Positions 1-9,600 of a stretch of 32,000 nt of DNA are shown here, one piece after another; position 1 is the first letter of the stretch; each line of letters opens with the position of its first letter. Source of the stretch: Geotalea uraniireducens Rf4 (lineage in GTDB: Bacteria; Desulfobacterota; Desulfuromonadia; Geobacterales; Geobacteraceae); the NCBI RefSeq assembly GCF_000016745.1, contig NC_009483.1:570001-602000 (forward strand), read 5' to 3'. The position numbers and the translations under genes are program-made. The notes under the pieces are model-generated. The model saw only the letters and a program-made list of their open reading frames with translations. It did not search any database and had not been told where the DNA came from.

Positions 1-1
1 C

Positions 2-2005
2 AATATCTACCCCGATGAGCATGGCACGTCGAATCTCGTCGATGCCCCGGCCTCTTCCTGTATATCTTGCCACAACCACGACACACCTGCACCGGAGGGT
101 TCATTTGCCGCGAGCTGTACCAGCTGTCATGGTCAGCCGCCGACGGCCACTTCGGCAGCGGCCGGTTACACCGGCAACGAGGCCGTGTCTGCGCACCTGC
201 GCCATACCGGTTACTCATACGGATGTAAGGAATGTCATTATTCCGGTGCCCCTTCCGACCTGCACAGGAATGGCAGTTTCAAGGACGTATTTACGACCTA
301 CACCTCAGGTATGATCGCGCGTAAATTTGGCGCTAATCCTCAGTATAATCCTGATAACACATGTTCCACAGTCTATTGCCACAGCAATGGTGCAGTACCA
401 CCCGTATATCAGACGCCCCCCAACTGGTTCGGCGGCAATATCACCACCTGCGATGCCTGCCACGAAGCATCACCGACAACCAATGCCCATGCGAAGCATA
501 TTGGCGCACCGAATAATTATAGCTGTGAGAACTGCCATGCGGCCACTGCAACCGGTTCGACGGTCATCAAAGACAAAACGAAGCACGCTAACGGCGGTAA
601 GGAAGTACAATTTTCCTCAACAGCGCTTCCATTCGTAAACACGGGAAGTTTCGCTTCAGCAACTTGTTCGGCTGTCTACTGCCACAGTGACGGGGCCGAA
701 ACCTATGCGACGCCTGTCTGGACAAACAGCAGCACTGGCGCGTGCGGCACCTGTCATGCCACAACAACGAGGGCTACCGCTGCTCACCAGCCGCACCTTT
801 CGACATCTGTGGCGTACGGTCCGAAACTCAACAATTTGCCGGTGGCTGCTGCCTGTAATAGCTGCCATGGACCCGATTACACGGTCAATCACATTAACGG
901 CTCCGTGCAGCTTGTTGCTGATACGTCATGTACTGCTTCTTGTCACAAAAATGGCCTCGGAACGTCAACTTGGACTTCCGGTATACGCCCAACCTGCGAA
1001 AGTTGCCATGCCGGCTTGCTTTCCGTGATTGATGGCAAAACTGCCCCGGATAAGGGCTTGTTCCAGACCTTAGGTCACGGCAAGAACTCCAGCAGTACCA
1101 GCGTGGTCATGAATTATGTCTGTACATCGTGTCATGATTCCAACGCTGCACATATCAATCCGCCGGTGCGTGACGGCAGGTTGCAGTCGAATCTTACCTC
1201 GTCTTTCAACGCACAATGTAACTACTGTCACAATGATTCGTTAAAGGTTACGACGTTATCCAAGCTGAATTTGCCATCTCACGTTCTGGATAAAAATGCT
1301 TCTCCTACAGCAAGCAGTTGTAGTCTCTGTCATGATCTCCATGGTTCATCCAATAGGTCTATGATCAGAGATATCATCAACGGTCAGTCGGTCAGCTTCA
1401 AAAACTCGACTTGTGTCACGACTTCTCTGAATGCCAATGGCGTCTACGCCGGTTTGTGTCAAGTATGTCATACGCTTACCAGGTTCTATAAAAACTCTGT
1501 TGCAGAAGGCAGTCACTATACAACGGGTTGTCTGAGTTGCCACAAGCATACCGATAATACTAATGGCCAACCTGCGGATGCTGCTTTCTATGCCTTCAAG
1601 CCGACTGGCAACTGCAACGATTGTCATGGCTATCCGCCGGTTCAGAGCCTTGACGGCATTGCTGTCCAGGGTAATTACTCCGGTGCCCGGCTCAATGATT
1701 ACATCGGTGGTGGCGGTGCCCATAGTGTTGCCGGTCATATACCGAAAACCGTCAAGCCAGCGGATGGCTGGGCTAACTGTGCCAAGTGTCACTACGGTGC
1801 AAATGATGCTATTCACATGACACGTGATTACACGAAACCAAGCAACATAAGGGTTGCTGTTGATCCGCAGTACAAGTTCAACGCGGCACTGCAGATCAGG
1901 TACAGCAGCAACCAGGTTGATCCGCCGCTTGTGAATTCAACTGGCACCTGTTCTAATGTCAGCTGTCACTTCCAGCCGACACCACGCTGGAGTACGATAA
2001 GGTAG
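2..2005 (+). CDS. multiheme c-type cytochrome, 5'-truncated at window edge
   Basis: The frame of the listed 185..2005 ORF stays open back to nt 2 (NIYPDEHG..CISCH..CTSCH), so the GTG at 185 is not the true start. I count ~19 heme-attachment-type motifs (15 CXXCH, 3 CX4CH, 1 CX3CH). The last ~125 aa (CNDCHGYPP..GGGGAH..CSNVSCHF..PRWST) are homologous to the C-terminus of the 2750..6595 product. A strong terminator follows. Confidence 0.9.
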   Translation, partial: NIYPDEHGTSNLVDAPASSCISCHNHDTPAPEGSFAASCTSCHGQPPTATSAAAGYTGNEAVSAHLRHTGYSYGCKECHYSGAPSDLHRNGSFKDVFTTYTSGMIARKFGANPQYNPDNTCSTVYCHSNGAVPPVYQTPPNWFGGNITTCDACHEASPTTNAHAKHIGAPNNYSCENCHAATATGSTVIKDKTKHANGGKEVQFSSTALPFVNTGSFASATCSAVYCHSDGAETYATPVWTNSSTGACGTCHATTTRATAAHQPHLSTSVAYGPKLNNLPVAAACNSCHGPDYTVNHINGSVQLVADTSCTASCHKNGLGTSTWTSGIRPTCESCHAGLLSVIDGKTAPDKGLFQTLGHGKNSSSTSVVMNYVCTSCHDSNAAHINPPVRDGRLQSNLTSSFNAQCNYCHNDSLKVTTLSKLNLPSHVLDKNASPTASSCSLCHDLHGSSNRSMIRDIINGQSVSFKNSTCVTTSLNANGVYAGLCQVCHTLTRFYKNSVAEGSHYTTGCLSCHKHTDNTNGQPADAAFYAFKPTGNCNDCHGYPPVQSLDGIAVQGNYSGARLNDYIGGGGAHSVAGHIPKTVKPADGWANCAKCHYGANDAIHMTRDYTKPSNIRVAVDPQYKFNAALQIRYSSNQVDPPLVNSTGTCSNVSCHFQPTPRWSTIR

Positions 2006-2033
2006 TCAAGTAGTCTTGTATGTGATGAAATTT

Positions 2034-2065
2034 ATGGCCGGGGGCATCCCCCGGCCATTTTCTTT
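2034..2065 (+). terminator. Rho-independent terminator after cytochrome gene 1
   Basis: Perfect 11-bp GC-rich stem ATGGCCGGGGG (2034-2044) / CCCCCGGCCAT (2048-2058) with loop CAT, followed by TTTCTTT. It lies 29 nt after the stop at 2005. Confidence 0.8.
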
Positions 2066-2200
2066 ATGAAAATGTTCAATATTGTTTTTACCCTTGAAGC
2101 TATTTGCTCGTATCAGCATTTGTCCATGAGAAGGCTGATTTCTCGCAAAGAACCGAAATCAAACCACTCAGCCAATTTATCCTAGAATAAGCAGTTCATT

Positions 2201-2327
2201 ACCGCAAAGCCGCAAAGTTCGCAAAGAAATCAAAGAGTTAATAAACAGCCTGTGATCACCTTTTGGGTAAGAAGGTTTTCTGTATCAATTGTATTGATTT
2301 TCTTCGCGTTCTTGGCGTCTTTGCGGT
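2201..2327. repeat. imperfect inverted repeat built from degenerate CGCAAAG heptamers (REP/MITE-like palindromic element)
   Basis: The left arm 2201-2228 (ACCGCAAAGCCGCAAAGTTCGCAAAGAA) pairs with the right arm 2300-2327 (TTCTTCGCGTTCTTGGCGTCTTTGCGGT) at 23 of 28 positions across a 71-nt spacer. A further CGCAAAG lies at 2144-2150. The element sits in a 744-bp AT-rich intergenic region. Confidence 0.5.
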
Positions 2328-2672
2328 TCAAATGCCGTTTTTAGGTTTATTCGAGTTTAAATGCGGTACAAGTAAATGTTTTGCCATGCGACCTTTTAAC
2401 TTTTCGTTCATATAATTAAGGTCCGGTATTTGCGATGGATTAGAAAATGATAAGTTTAATATAATGATATCAGAACTGTGTTTGGTGTTTATTTTGCATA
2501 ATATTGTGTGCGATGAAGCGCTAGGGTCAGCGTTGTTACGCACAGATTTGATGTATGGTGTGTAACTACTTGGAATATGTAGTTTCTGGTTGGTCGCTTT
2601 GGATTGTAATAATATTCGAATGGCACTGGTGCACGTGCTCTGTTTCGTTAAATAACTATTAAATGCTGTTTT

Positions 2673-2701
2673 TTGCCGAAACAGTATTGAAGATTTAAAA
2701 T
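2673..2701 (+). promoter_or_regulatory. candidate sigma70-type promoter for cytochrome gene 2 (weak)
   Basis: TTGCCG (2673-2678), a 17-nt spacer, then TAAAAT (2696-2701), ~50 nt upstream of ATG 2750. Matches like this arise by chance in AT-rich DNA, so confidence is low. Confidence 0.2.
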
Positions 2702-2749
2702 TCCATTTGAAGTTTATCGAGTGTGATATCTCTAATTTAGGAGTCAAGA

Positions 2750-5700
2750 ATGAAGAAAAAGCTGGGGTGGGGATCTGCTGGTAAGTTGTTTTTGTTTCTG
2801 GCTTTGTCGTTCGTCAATCTTTGCGTGACTGCTGGGAATGCAAGTGCCGCGCTGGATTGTAATGGCTGTCATGGTACTTCGAGCCCAACCGATTATCGGC
2901 CGGTTGATGCCGGATATCGAAATATTACAACAGGTGGCATCCAGGGTAACCATCGGACGCATATGGCTTTGACGTCCAATCAGTCAAGCTGTACGCCTTG
3001 TCACAATAGTGCCGGATTTACCAGCAGCCACCGTGACGGCAAGATCAGCTTCCAGGCAAACATCAACGGGTCGCCGCTTGCCGCTACTTACGGTAAAGGC
3101 GTATTCGTCAATCAGACATCGAACCCGGTGATGACTAATGCAAACTGTTCGAATGCCAACTGTCACTTCGAATCTATTACCCCCACATGGGGTTCGTCAG
3201 CGGCTTCGACAAACTGTGATACCTGCCATGCGGCACAGCCGTCTACCCTGAGTCATCCAAAGCACGTGACCGCTTTTGGCGGAACAGCTTCCTGTATAAA
3301 ATGCCATCCGAATCGGACCACCTTCGAGCATGCGACCAGCGCCGGTAATGCCGGCCGCAATATAGCCGTGACGATCGGCAGCTATGCCGGCTCCAACTAT
3401 AATTACCTCCCCAGTCAGTCGGCCACCCGGACAGCCGGTAGCTGTTCCGCCCTTTATTGCCACAGCTCCGGTCAGTCGGCAACCGGTGGAGCACTTACCG
3501 GTGGTGATTATGTGACCGCAACCTGGGATAGTGCTGCGAGCGGCGCCTGCGGCACCTGTCATAAAAACACTGCGGCGACCATCGCCAGCGGCAGCCACAA
3601 CAAACACCTTAATGCAGCCGGTTCGGCCGGATGCGTAGACTGTCACGTCGGCGTAACAGGCGACGGCGTATCCTACAACTCGACCCGTCACGTCGATACC
3701 TTCATCAACGTCACCGGCGCATACAGCCAGGGCAAGGCAAGCACCCCCGGCAACGGCTACGGCACCTGTTCGGCCGCCGCCTGTCACGACAACGGTACCG
3801 GCACCAAAGTGATAACCCCGACCTGGGGCAACACGGCAGCCGCCTGTACAGCCTGTCATGCATTGCAGCCCGCAACCGGCAGCCACACCAAACATCTCAG
3901 CACCACACAGTACACCAAGGCAAATTGCGCCTCCTGTCATGCCAGCGCAGTGGAAGGCTCCAATGGCGGCACAGGGCACCTTGACGGAAACATAGACGCA
4001 ATCAATGGCTATCCCGCCAACAAGACCAAGGGGAGCGCCTACGCAACATGTAATGCCGCATACTGCCACAGCCCCGGCCAGTCGGTCACCGGCGGCGCCC
4101 TGACGACCGAGTATGCCACCATCACCTGGGGCGGCACCGCAGCCTGCGGCAGCTGTCACAACGCCACCAAGGCGACCATCGCCAGCGGCAGCCACAACAA
4201 ACACCTTAATGCAGCCGGTTCGGCCGGATGCGTAGACTGTCACGTCGGCGTAACAGGCGACGGCGTATCCTACAACTCGACCCGTCACGTCGATACCTTC
4301 ATCAACGTCACCGGCGCATACAGCCAGGGCAAGGCAAGCACCCCCGGCAACGGCTACGGCACCTGTTCGGCCGCCGCCTGTCATGACAACGGTACCGGCA
4401 CCAAAGTGATAACCCCGACCTGGGGCAACACGGCAGCCGCCTGTACAGCCTGTCATGCATTGCAGCCCGCAACCGGCAGCCACACCAAACATCTCAGCAC
4501 CACACAGTACACCAAGGCAAATTGCGCCTCCTGTCATGCCAGCGCAGTGGAAGGCTCCAATGGCGGCACAGGGCACCTTGACGGAAACATAGACGCAACC
4601 AACGGCTATCCCGCAAACAAGACCAAGGGGAGCGCCTATGCAACATGTAATGCCGCATACTGCCACAGCCCCGGCCAGTCGGTCACCGGCGGCGCCCTGA
4701 CGATCGAGTATGCCACCATCACCTGGGGCGGCACCGCAGCCTGCGGCAGCTGTCACAATGCCACCAAGGCGACCATCGCCAGCGGCAGCCACAACAAACA
4801 CCTTAATGCAGCCGGTTCGGCCGGATGCGTAGACTGTCACGTCGGCGTAACAGGCGACGGCGTATCCTACAACTCGACCCGTCACGTCGATACCTTCATC
4901 AACGTCACCGGCGCATACAGCCAGGGCAAGGCAAGCACCCCCGGCAACGGCTACGGCACCTGTTCGGCCGCCGCCTGTCACGACAACGGTACCGGCACCA
5001 AAGTGATAACCCCGACCTGGGGCAACACGGCAGCCGCCTGTACAGCCTGTCATGCATTGCAGCCCGCAACCGGCAGCCACACCAAACATCTCAGCACCAC
5101 ACAGTACACCAAGGCAAATTGCGCCTCCTGTCATGCCAGCGCAGTGGAAGGCTCCAATGGCGGCACAGGGCACCTTGACGGAAACATAGACGCAATCAAT
5201 GGCTATCCCGCCAACAAGACCAAGGGGAGCGCCTATGCAACATGTAATGCCGCATACTGCCACAGCCCCGGCCAGTCGGCCACCGGCGGCGCCCTGACGA
5301 CCGAGTACGCCACCGTCACCTGGGGCGATACAGTTGGCTGCGGCAGCTGTCACAACGCCACTTCTGCAACATTGAACAGCGGCACCCATGCCAAGCATCT
5401 TGCCGTCGATGCTAATTGCGCCAACTGTCATGCCGGCGCTGTGGGCAATGGTGTCTCATACAACTCCACCAATCATGTCAACTCTCTTATTGAGGTTTCG
5501 GCTGGTGCATACAACGGAGCCGGCACTCCCGGCAACGGCTACGGTTCCTGTTCAACTACACCTTGTCACTTCTCCAGCACGGGCAGCGTAACATGGGGTG
5601 CTGATACGGTTACGACTTCCTGCGAGAAGTGTCACGGCTCTGCGAATACTGCCCAGCCTGCTGCAGGCGGCACATTCAAGTCCACGGCAGGTGCTACCGC

Positions 5701-6595
5701 CAACACCGATGTCAAGGTCGGTGCCCACGTCGCCCACCTTGGCTCCAATACGACTGCAGGTCACCAGATTACGGTGAACCTCTCCTGCGCCGACTGTCAT
5801 AAATCTGTGAGCAGCTTCAATGATGCTAATCACATCCACGCCGGCCAGAGTGTCGGGGAGGCTGGTATGGCCTGGAGTGCACTCGCTGCTACTGGTGGCG
5901 TAACGCCCAGCTACGACCCGGTCACCGGCAACTGTACCAACTACTGCCACGGTGCAACACTTGCCGATGGCACAACAGCGACCAAGCAGACAGCCAAATG
6001 GAACCAGCCGCTTCTTTCAGGGGCTCCTGCACTGACCAACTGCGGTGTCTGTCACGGTAACCCACCGGCAACAAGCGGCCATATCTCAAATCCGGTCGGT
6101 CCGGTTTATGTAGCGCAAAACTCCTGTAACGGCTGTCACAGCGATGTAAATACCGATGGTATGACCATTGCTGACAAAACAATGCATGCGAACGGTGTTG
6201 TTGACGGCGGCAGCTGTAATGCTTGTCACGGTTACCCGCCGGTCAAGGATATGGCAGGTCTCGGTATACAAAACAGCTACACCACTGCCCGCCTCCAGAA
6301 CTACTCCGGTGGTGGCGGAGCACACAATGTTCCCGGTCATATCGCTCTCATGGCGAAGGCAACCGACTCCTGGTCGCCATGCTTGATCTGCCATCCATCT
6401 GCCAGCCATAACCAGGGTAGCGGCGTCTTTGTTCCGGGTAATGTTCAGGTTTCGGTTGATTCTAAATTCAAGTTTGACTCGAAGCTGCCGATTACGTATA
6501 CTGGCAACCAAACTGGGTCCCCTCTCTCTACCGGTTCATGTTCAAACGTAAGCTGTCACTTCAAAGCATCGCCTAAGTGGAGTACAGAAAGATAA
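2750..6595 (+). CDS. giant exported multiheme c-type cytochrome (~35 heme-type motifs, CX4CH..CXXCH Geobacter-type modules)
   Basis: AGGAG at 2739-2743 lies 6 nt before ATG 2750. The N-terminus is a Sec-type signal peptide (MKKKLGWGSAGKLFLFLALSFVNLCVTAGNASA). I count 24 CXXCH, 10 CX4CH and 1 CX3CH (CTNYCH, nt 5933-5950). Composition is rich in Gly/Ala/Thr/Ser/Asn/Cys/His, and the gene contains a 597-bp tandem repeat array. Confidence 0.95.
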   Translation: MKKKLGWGSAGKLFLFLALSFVNLCVTAGNASAALDCNGCHGTSSPTDYRPVDAGYRNITTGGIQGNHRTHMALTSNQSSCTPCHNSAGFTSSHRDGKISFQANINGSPLAATYGKGVFVNQTSNPVMTNANCSNANCHFESITPTWGSSAASTNCDTCHAAQPSTLSHPKHVTAFGGTASCIKCHPNRTTFEHATSAGNAGRNIAVTIGSYAGSNYNYLPSQSATRTAGSCSALYCHSSGQSATGGALTGGDYVTATWDSAASGACGTCHKNTAATIASGSHNKHLNAAGSAGCVDCHVGVTGDGVSYNSTRHVDTFINVTGAYSQGKASTPGNGYGTCSAAACHDNGTGTKVITPTWGNTAAACTACHALQPATGSHTKHLSTTQYTKANCASCHASAVEGSNGGTGHLDGNIDAINGYPANKTKGSAYATCNAAYCHSPGQSVTGGALTTEYATITWGGTAACGSCHNATKATIASGSHNKHLNAAGSAGCVDCHVGVTGDGVSYNSTRHVDTFINVTGAYSQGKASTPGNGYGTCSAAACHDNGTGTKVITPTWGNTAAACTACHALQPATGSHTKHLSTTQYTKANCASCHASAVEGSNGGTGHLDGNIDATNGYPANKTKGSAYATCNAAYCHSPGQSVTGGALTIEYATITWGGTAACGSCHNATKATIASGSHNKHLNAAGSAGCVDCHVGVTGDGVSYNSTRHVDTFINVTGAYSQGKASTPGNGYGTCSAAACHDNGTGTKVITPTWGNTAAACTACHALQPATGSHTKHLSTTQYTKANCASCHASAVEGSNGGTGHLDGNIDAINGYPANKTKGSAYATCNAAYCHSPGQSATGGALTTEYATVTWGDTVGCGSCHNATSATLNSGTHAKHLAVDANCANCHAGAVGNGVSYNSTNHVNSLIEVSAGAYNGAGTPGNGYGSCSTTPCHFSSTGSVTWGADTVTTSCEKCHGSANTAQPAAGGTFKSTAGATANTDVKVGAHVAHLGSNTTAGHQITVNLSCADCHKSVSSFNDANHIHAGQSVGEAGMAWSALAATGGVTPSYDPVTGNCTNYCHGATLADGTTATKQTAKWNQPLLSGAPALTNCGVCHGNPPATSGHISNPVGPVYVAQNSCNGCHSDVNTDGMTIADKTMHANGVVDGGSCNACHGYPPVKDMAGLGIQNSYTTARLQNYSGGGGAHNVPGHIALMAKATDSWSPCLICHPSASHNQGSGVFVPGNVQVSVDSKFKFDSKLPITYTGNQTGSPLSTGSCSNVSCHFKASPKWSTER
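3157..5279 (+). repeat. segmental duplication copy A (partner 7114..9236)
   Basis: It aligns with 7114-9236 at a constant offset of 3957 nt. I found only three mismatches by eye: T3253/C7210, T4704/C8661 and T5236/C9193. Confidence 0.95.
3581..5279 (+). repeat. in-frame tandem repeat, period 597 bp (199 aa), about 2.85 copies
   Basis: Unit starts fall at 3581, 4178 and 4775, checked against the identical out-of-frame ATGs at 3631, 4228 and 4825. Copies differ at only about 7 positions per unit. The array degrades after 5279. Confidence 0.95.
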
Positions 6596-6607
6596 AATCT
6601 GAGTCAT

Positions 6608-6633
6608 GGGAGGGGGTAGTTCCCACCCCTCCC
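6608..6633 (+). other. GC-rich intergenic hairpin without U-tract between cytochrome genes 2 and 3
   Basis: GGGAGGGG (6608-6615) pairs with CCCCTCCC (6626-6633) over a 10-nt loop. No T-run follows, so it may be an mRNA stability or attenuation element rather than a full terminator. Confidence 0.3.
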
Positions 6634-6691
6634 TATTGAGGATGCCAGTATGAGAATACAATCGTCTTTAGTTATAGGTAAGGAGTCAAGT

Positions 6692-9600
6692 ATGAAGACA
6701 TTTTACAGCGCAGGATATTTCAGAAAACCGGCTTTATTCTTGCTGTTGTCCTTGATGACTATATTCGTCTTTGCAGCTTCGGCGTTTGCGTTAACCGGCA
6801 ACAAGATTGATCAGTGTTATGATTGTCACGGCAGTCCGGGCGATAACCGGCCATTGGACGCCGTATACAGGGATATGACAAGTGGCGCGTTCCCCGGTAA
6901 CCATCGGACGCATATGGCTTCGACGGCTACTGCTTCATCGTGTGTCCCCTGTCATAACAACAGTGGATTTACGATCGACCACCGTAACGGAAAGATCCAG
7001 TTCGCGGCGAATGTCAACACATCGCCTGCAACCGGTAAGTACATGAAGTACGGCTTCCAGGCTTTCACCTCCAGTCAGGTTTCCAGCCCTACCCTCGGCA
7101 CATGTGCCACCGTCAACTGTCACTTCGAATCTATTACCCCCACATGGGGTTCGTCAGCGGCTTCGACAAACTGTGATACCTGCCATGCGGCACAGCCGTC
7201 TACCCTGAGCCATCCAAAGCACGTGACCGCTTTTGGCGGAACAGCTTCCTGTATAAAATGCCATCCGAATCGGACCACCTTCGAGCATGCGACCAGCGCC
7301 GGTAATGCCGGCCGCAATATAGCCGTGACGATCGGCAGCTATGCCGGCTCCAACTATAATTACCTCCCCAGTCAGTCGGCCACCCGGACAGCCGGTAGCT
7401 GTTCCGCCCTTTATTGCCACAGCTCCGGTCAGTCGGCAACCGGTGGAGCACTTACCGGTGGTGATTATGTGACCGCAACCTGGGATAGTGCTGCGAGCGG
7501 CGCCTGCGGCACCTGTCATAAAAACACTGCGGCGACCATCGCCAGCGGCAGCCACAACAAACACCTTAATGCAGCCGGTTCGGCCGGATGCGTAGACTGT
7601 CACGTCGGCGTAACAGGCGACGGCGTATCCTACAACTCGACCCGTCACGTCGATACCTTCATCAACGTCACCGGCGCATACAGCCAGGGCAAGGCAAGCA
7701 CCCCCGGCAACGGCTACGGCACCTGTTCGGCCGCCGCCTGTCACGACAACGGTACCGGCACCAAAGTGATAACCCCGACCTGGGGCAACACGGCAGCCGC
7801 CTGTACAGCCTGTCATGCATTGCAGCCCGCAACCGGCAGCCACACCAAACATCTCAGCACCACACAGTACACCAAGGCAAATTGCGCCTCCTGTCATGCC
7901 AGCGCAGTGGAAGGCTCCAATGGCGGCACAGGGCACCTTGACGGAAACATAGACGCAATCAATGGCTATCCCGCCAACAAGACCAAGGGGAGCGCCTACG
8001 CAACATGTAATGCCGCATACTGCCACAGCCCCGGCCAGTCGGTCACCGGCGGCGCCCTGACGACCGAGTATGCCACCATCACCTGGGGCGGCACCGCAGC
8101 CTGCGGCAGCTGTCACAACGCCACCAAGGCGACCATCGCCAGCGGCAGCCACAACAAACACCTTAATGCAGCCGGTTCGGCCGGATGCGTAGACTGTCAC
8201 GTCGGCGTAACAGGCGACGGCGTATCCTACAACTCGACCCGTCACGTCGATACCTTCATCAACGTCACCGGCGCATACAGCCAGGGCAAGGCAAGCACCC
8301 CCGGCAACGGCTACGGCACCTGTTCGGCCGCCGCCTGTCATGACAACGGTACCGGCACCAAAGTGATAACCCCGACCTGGGGCAACACGGCAGCCGCCTG
8401 TACAGCCTGTCATGCATTGCAGCCCGCAACCGGCAGCCACACCAAACATCTCAGCACCACACAGTACACCAAGGCAAATTGCGCCTCCTGTCATGCCAGC
8501 GCAGTGGAAGGCTCCAATGGCGGCACAGGGCACCTTGACGGAAACATAGACGCAACCAACGGCTATCCCGCAAACAAGACCAAGGGGAGCGCCTATGCAA
8601 CATGTAATGCCGCATACTGCCACAGCCCCGGCCAGTCGGTCACCGGCGGCGCCCTGACGACCGAGTATGCCACCATCACCTGGGGCGGCACCGCAGCCTG
8701 CGGCAGCTGTCACAATGCCACCAAGGCGACCATCGCCAGCGGCAGCCACAACAAACACCTTAATGCAGCCGGTTCGGCCGGATGCGTAGACTGTCACGTC
8801 GGCGTAACAGGCGACGGCGTATCCTACAACTCGACCCGTCACGTCGATACCTTCATCAACGTCACCGGCGCATACAGCCAGGGCAAGGCAAGCACCCCCG
8901 GCAACGGCTACGGCACCTGTTCGGCCGCCGCCTGTCACGACAACGGTACCGGCACCAAAGTGATAACCCCGACCTGGGGCAACACGGCAGCCGCCTGTAC
9001 AGCCTGTCATGCATTGCAGCCCGCAACCGGCAGCCACACCAAACATCTCAGCACCACACAGTACACCAAGGCAAATTGCGCCTCCTGTCATGCCAGCGCA
9101 GTGGAAGGCTCCAATGGCGGCACAGGGCACCTTGACGGAAACATAGACGCAATCAATGGCTATCCCGCCAACAAGACCAAGGGGAGCGCCTACGCAACAT
9201 GTAATGCCGCATACTGCCACAGCCCCGGCCAGTCGGTCACCGGCGGCGCCCTGACGACCGAGTATGCCACCATCACCTGGGGCGGCACCGCAGCCTGCGG
9301 CAGCTGTCACAACGCCACCAAGGCGACCATCGCCAGCGGCAGCCACAACAAACACCTTAACGCAGCCGGTTCGGCCGGTTGCGTAGACTGTCACGTCGGC
9401 GTAACAGGCGATGGCGTATCTTACAACTCGACCCGTCACGTCGATACCTTCATCAACGTCACCGGCGCATACAGCCAGGGCAAGGCAAGCACCCCCGGCA
9501 ACGGCTACGGCACCTGTTCGGCCGCCGCCTGTCATGACAACGGTACCGGCACCAAGGCGGTAACCCCGACCTGGGGCGACACGGCAGCCGCCTGTACCGC

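Noticed and set aside
15-314. 99-aa ORF at the window start, and other 60-115-aa ORFs overlapping cytochrome gene 1
   Set aside because: These are alternative frames of a gene whose correct frame is open from nt 2 and full of CXXCH motifs. Their Arg/Pro-rich products are typical of off-frame translation of GC-rich coding DNA.
2201-2228. CGCAAAGCC motif considered as part of a GEMM-I (c-di-GMP/cGAMP) riboswitch, which is common upstream of Geobacter cytochrome genes
   Set aside because: The partner elements (a GGCAAACC-type P1 strand, a GNRA tetraloop hairpin and its receptor) are not present on the plus strand. The motif is instead reiterated as heptamers within an inverted repeat. An Rfam scan would settle the question.
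2621-2638. Perfect TGGCAC considered as a sigma54 -24 element upstream of cytochrome gene 2
   Set aside because: No TTGC/TGC element lies at the required spacing. After N5 the sequence reads CACG, and the nearest TGC trinucleotides are 2-3 nt off register in either direction.
2328-2747. 139-aa minus-strand ORF in the AT-rich spacer
   Set aside because: It has low-complexity Lys/Asn/Ser/Ile-rich composition typical of random ORFs in AT-rich DNA. It has no RBS, points into the terminator of gene 1, and overlaps the palindromic element.
3631-3984. Four identical 117-aa Arg-rich plus-strand ORFs (3631, 4825, 7588, 8782)
   Set aside because: These are out-of-frame readings of the 597-bp repeat inside the cytochrome genes. 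They are identical only because the repeats are identical. The expected copies at 4228 and 8185 are not listed, and the one at 9379 has lost its ATG by a single substitution.
3581-4177. Apparent enrichment of N-x-S/T sequons (5 per 199-aa repeat) as evidence for N-glycosylation
   Set aside because: With ~14 Asn and ~22% Ser+Thr per unit, about 3 sequons are expected by chance, so the excess is weak. No PglB/STT3-type oligosaccharyltransferase (WWDYG) is present in the window. Only the O-glycosylation idea is retained, and only as a hypothesis.
3197-5431. 744-aa minus-strand ORF (and its 847-aa twin at 7154..9697) covering the repeat arrays
   Set aside because: Both ORFs are antisense to convincing signal-peptide-bearing cytochrome genes. 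Their products are Gly/Ala/Cys/Val low-complexity with no motifs. The open frame is a by-product of the codon composition of the repeats, and neither has an RBS or start context.
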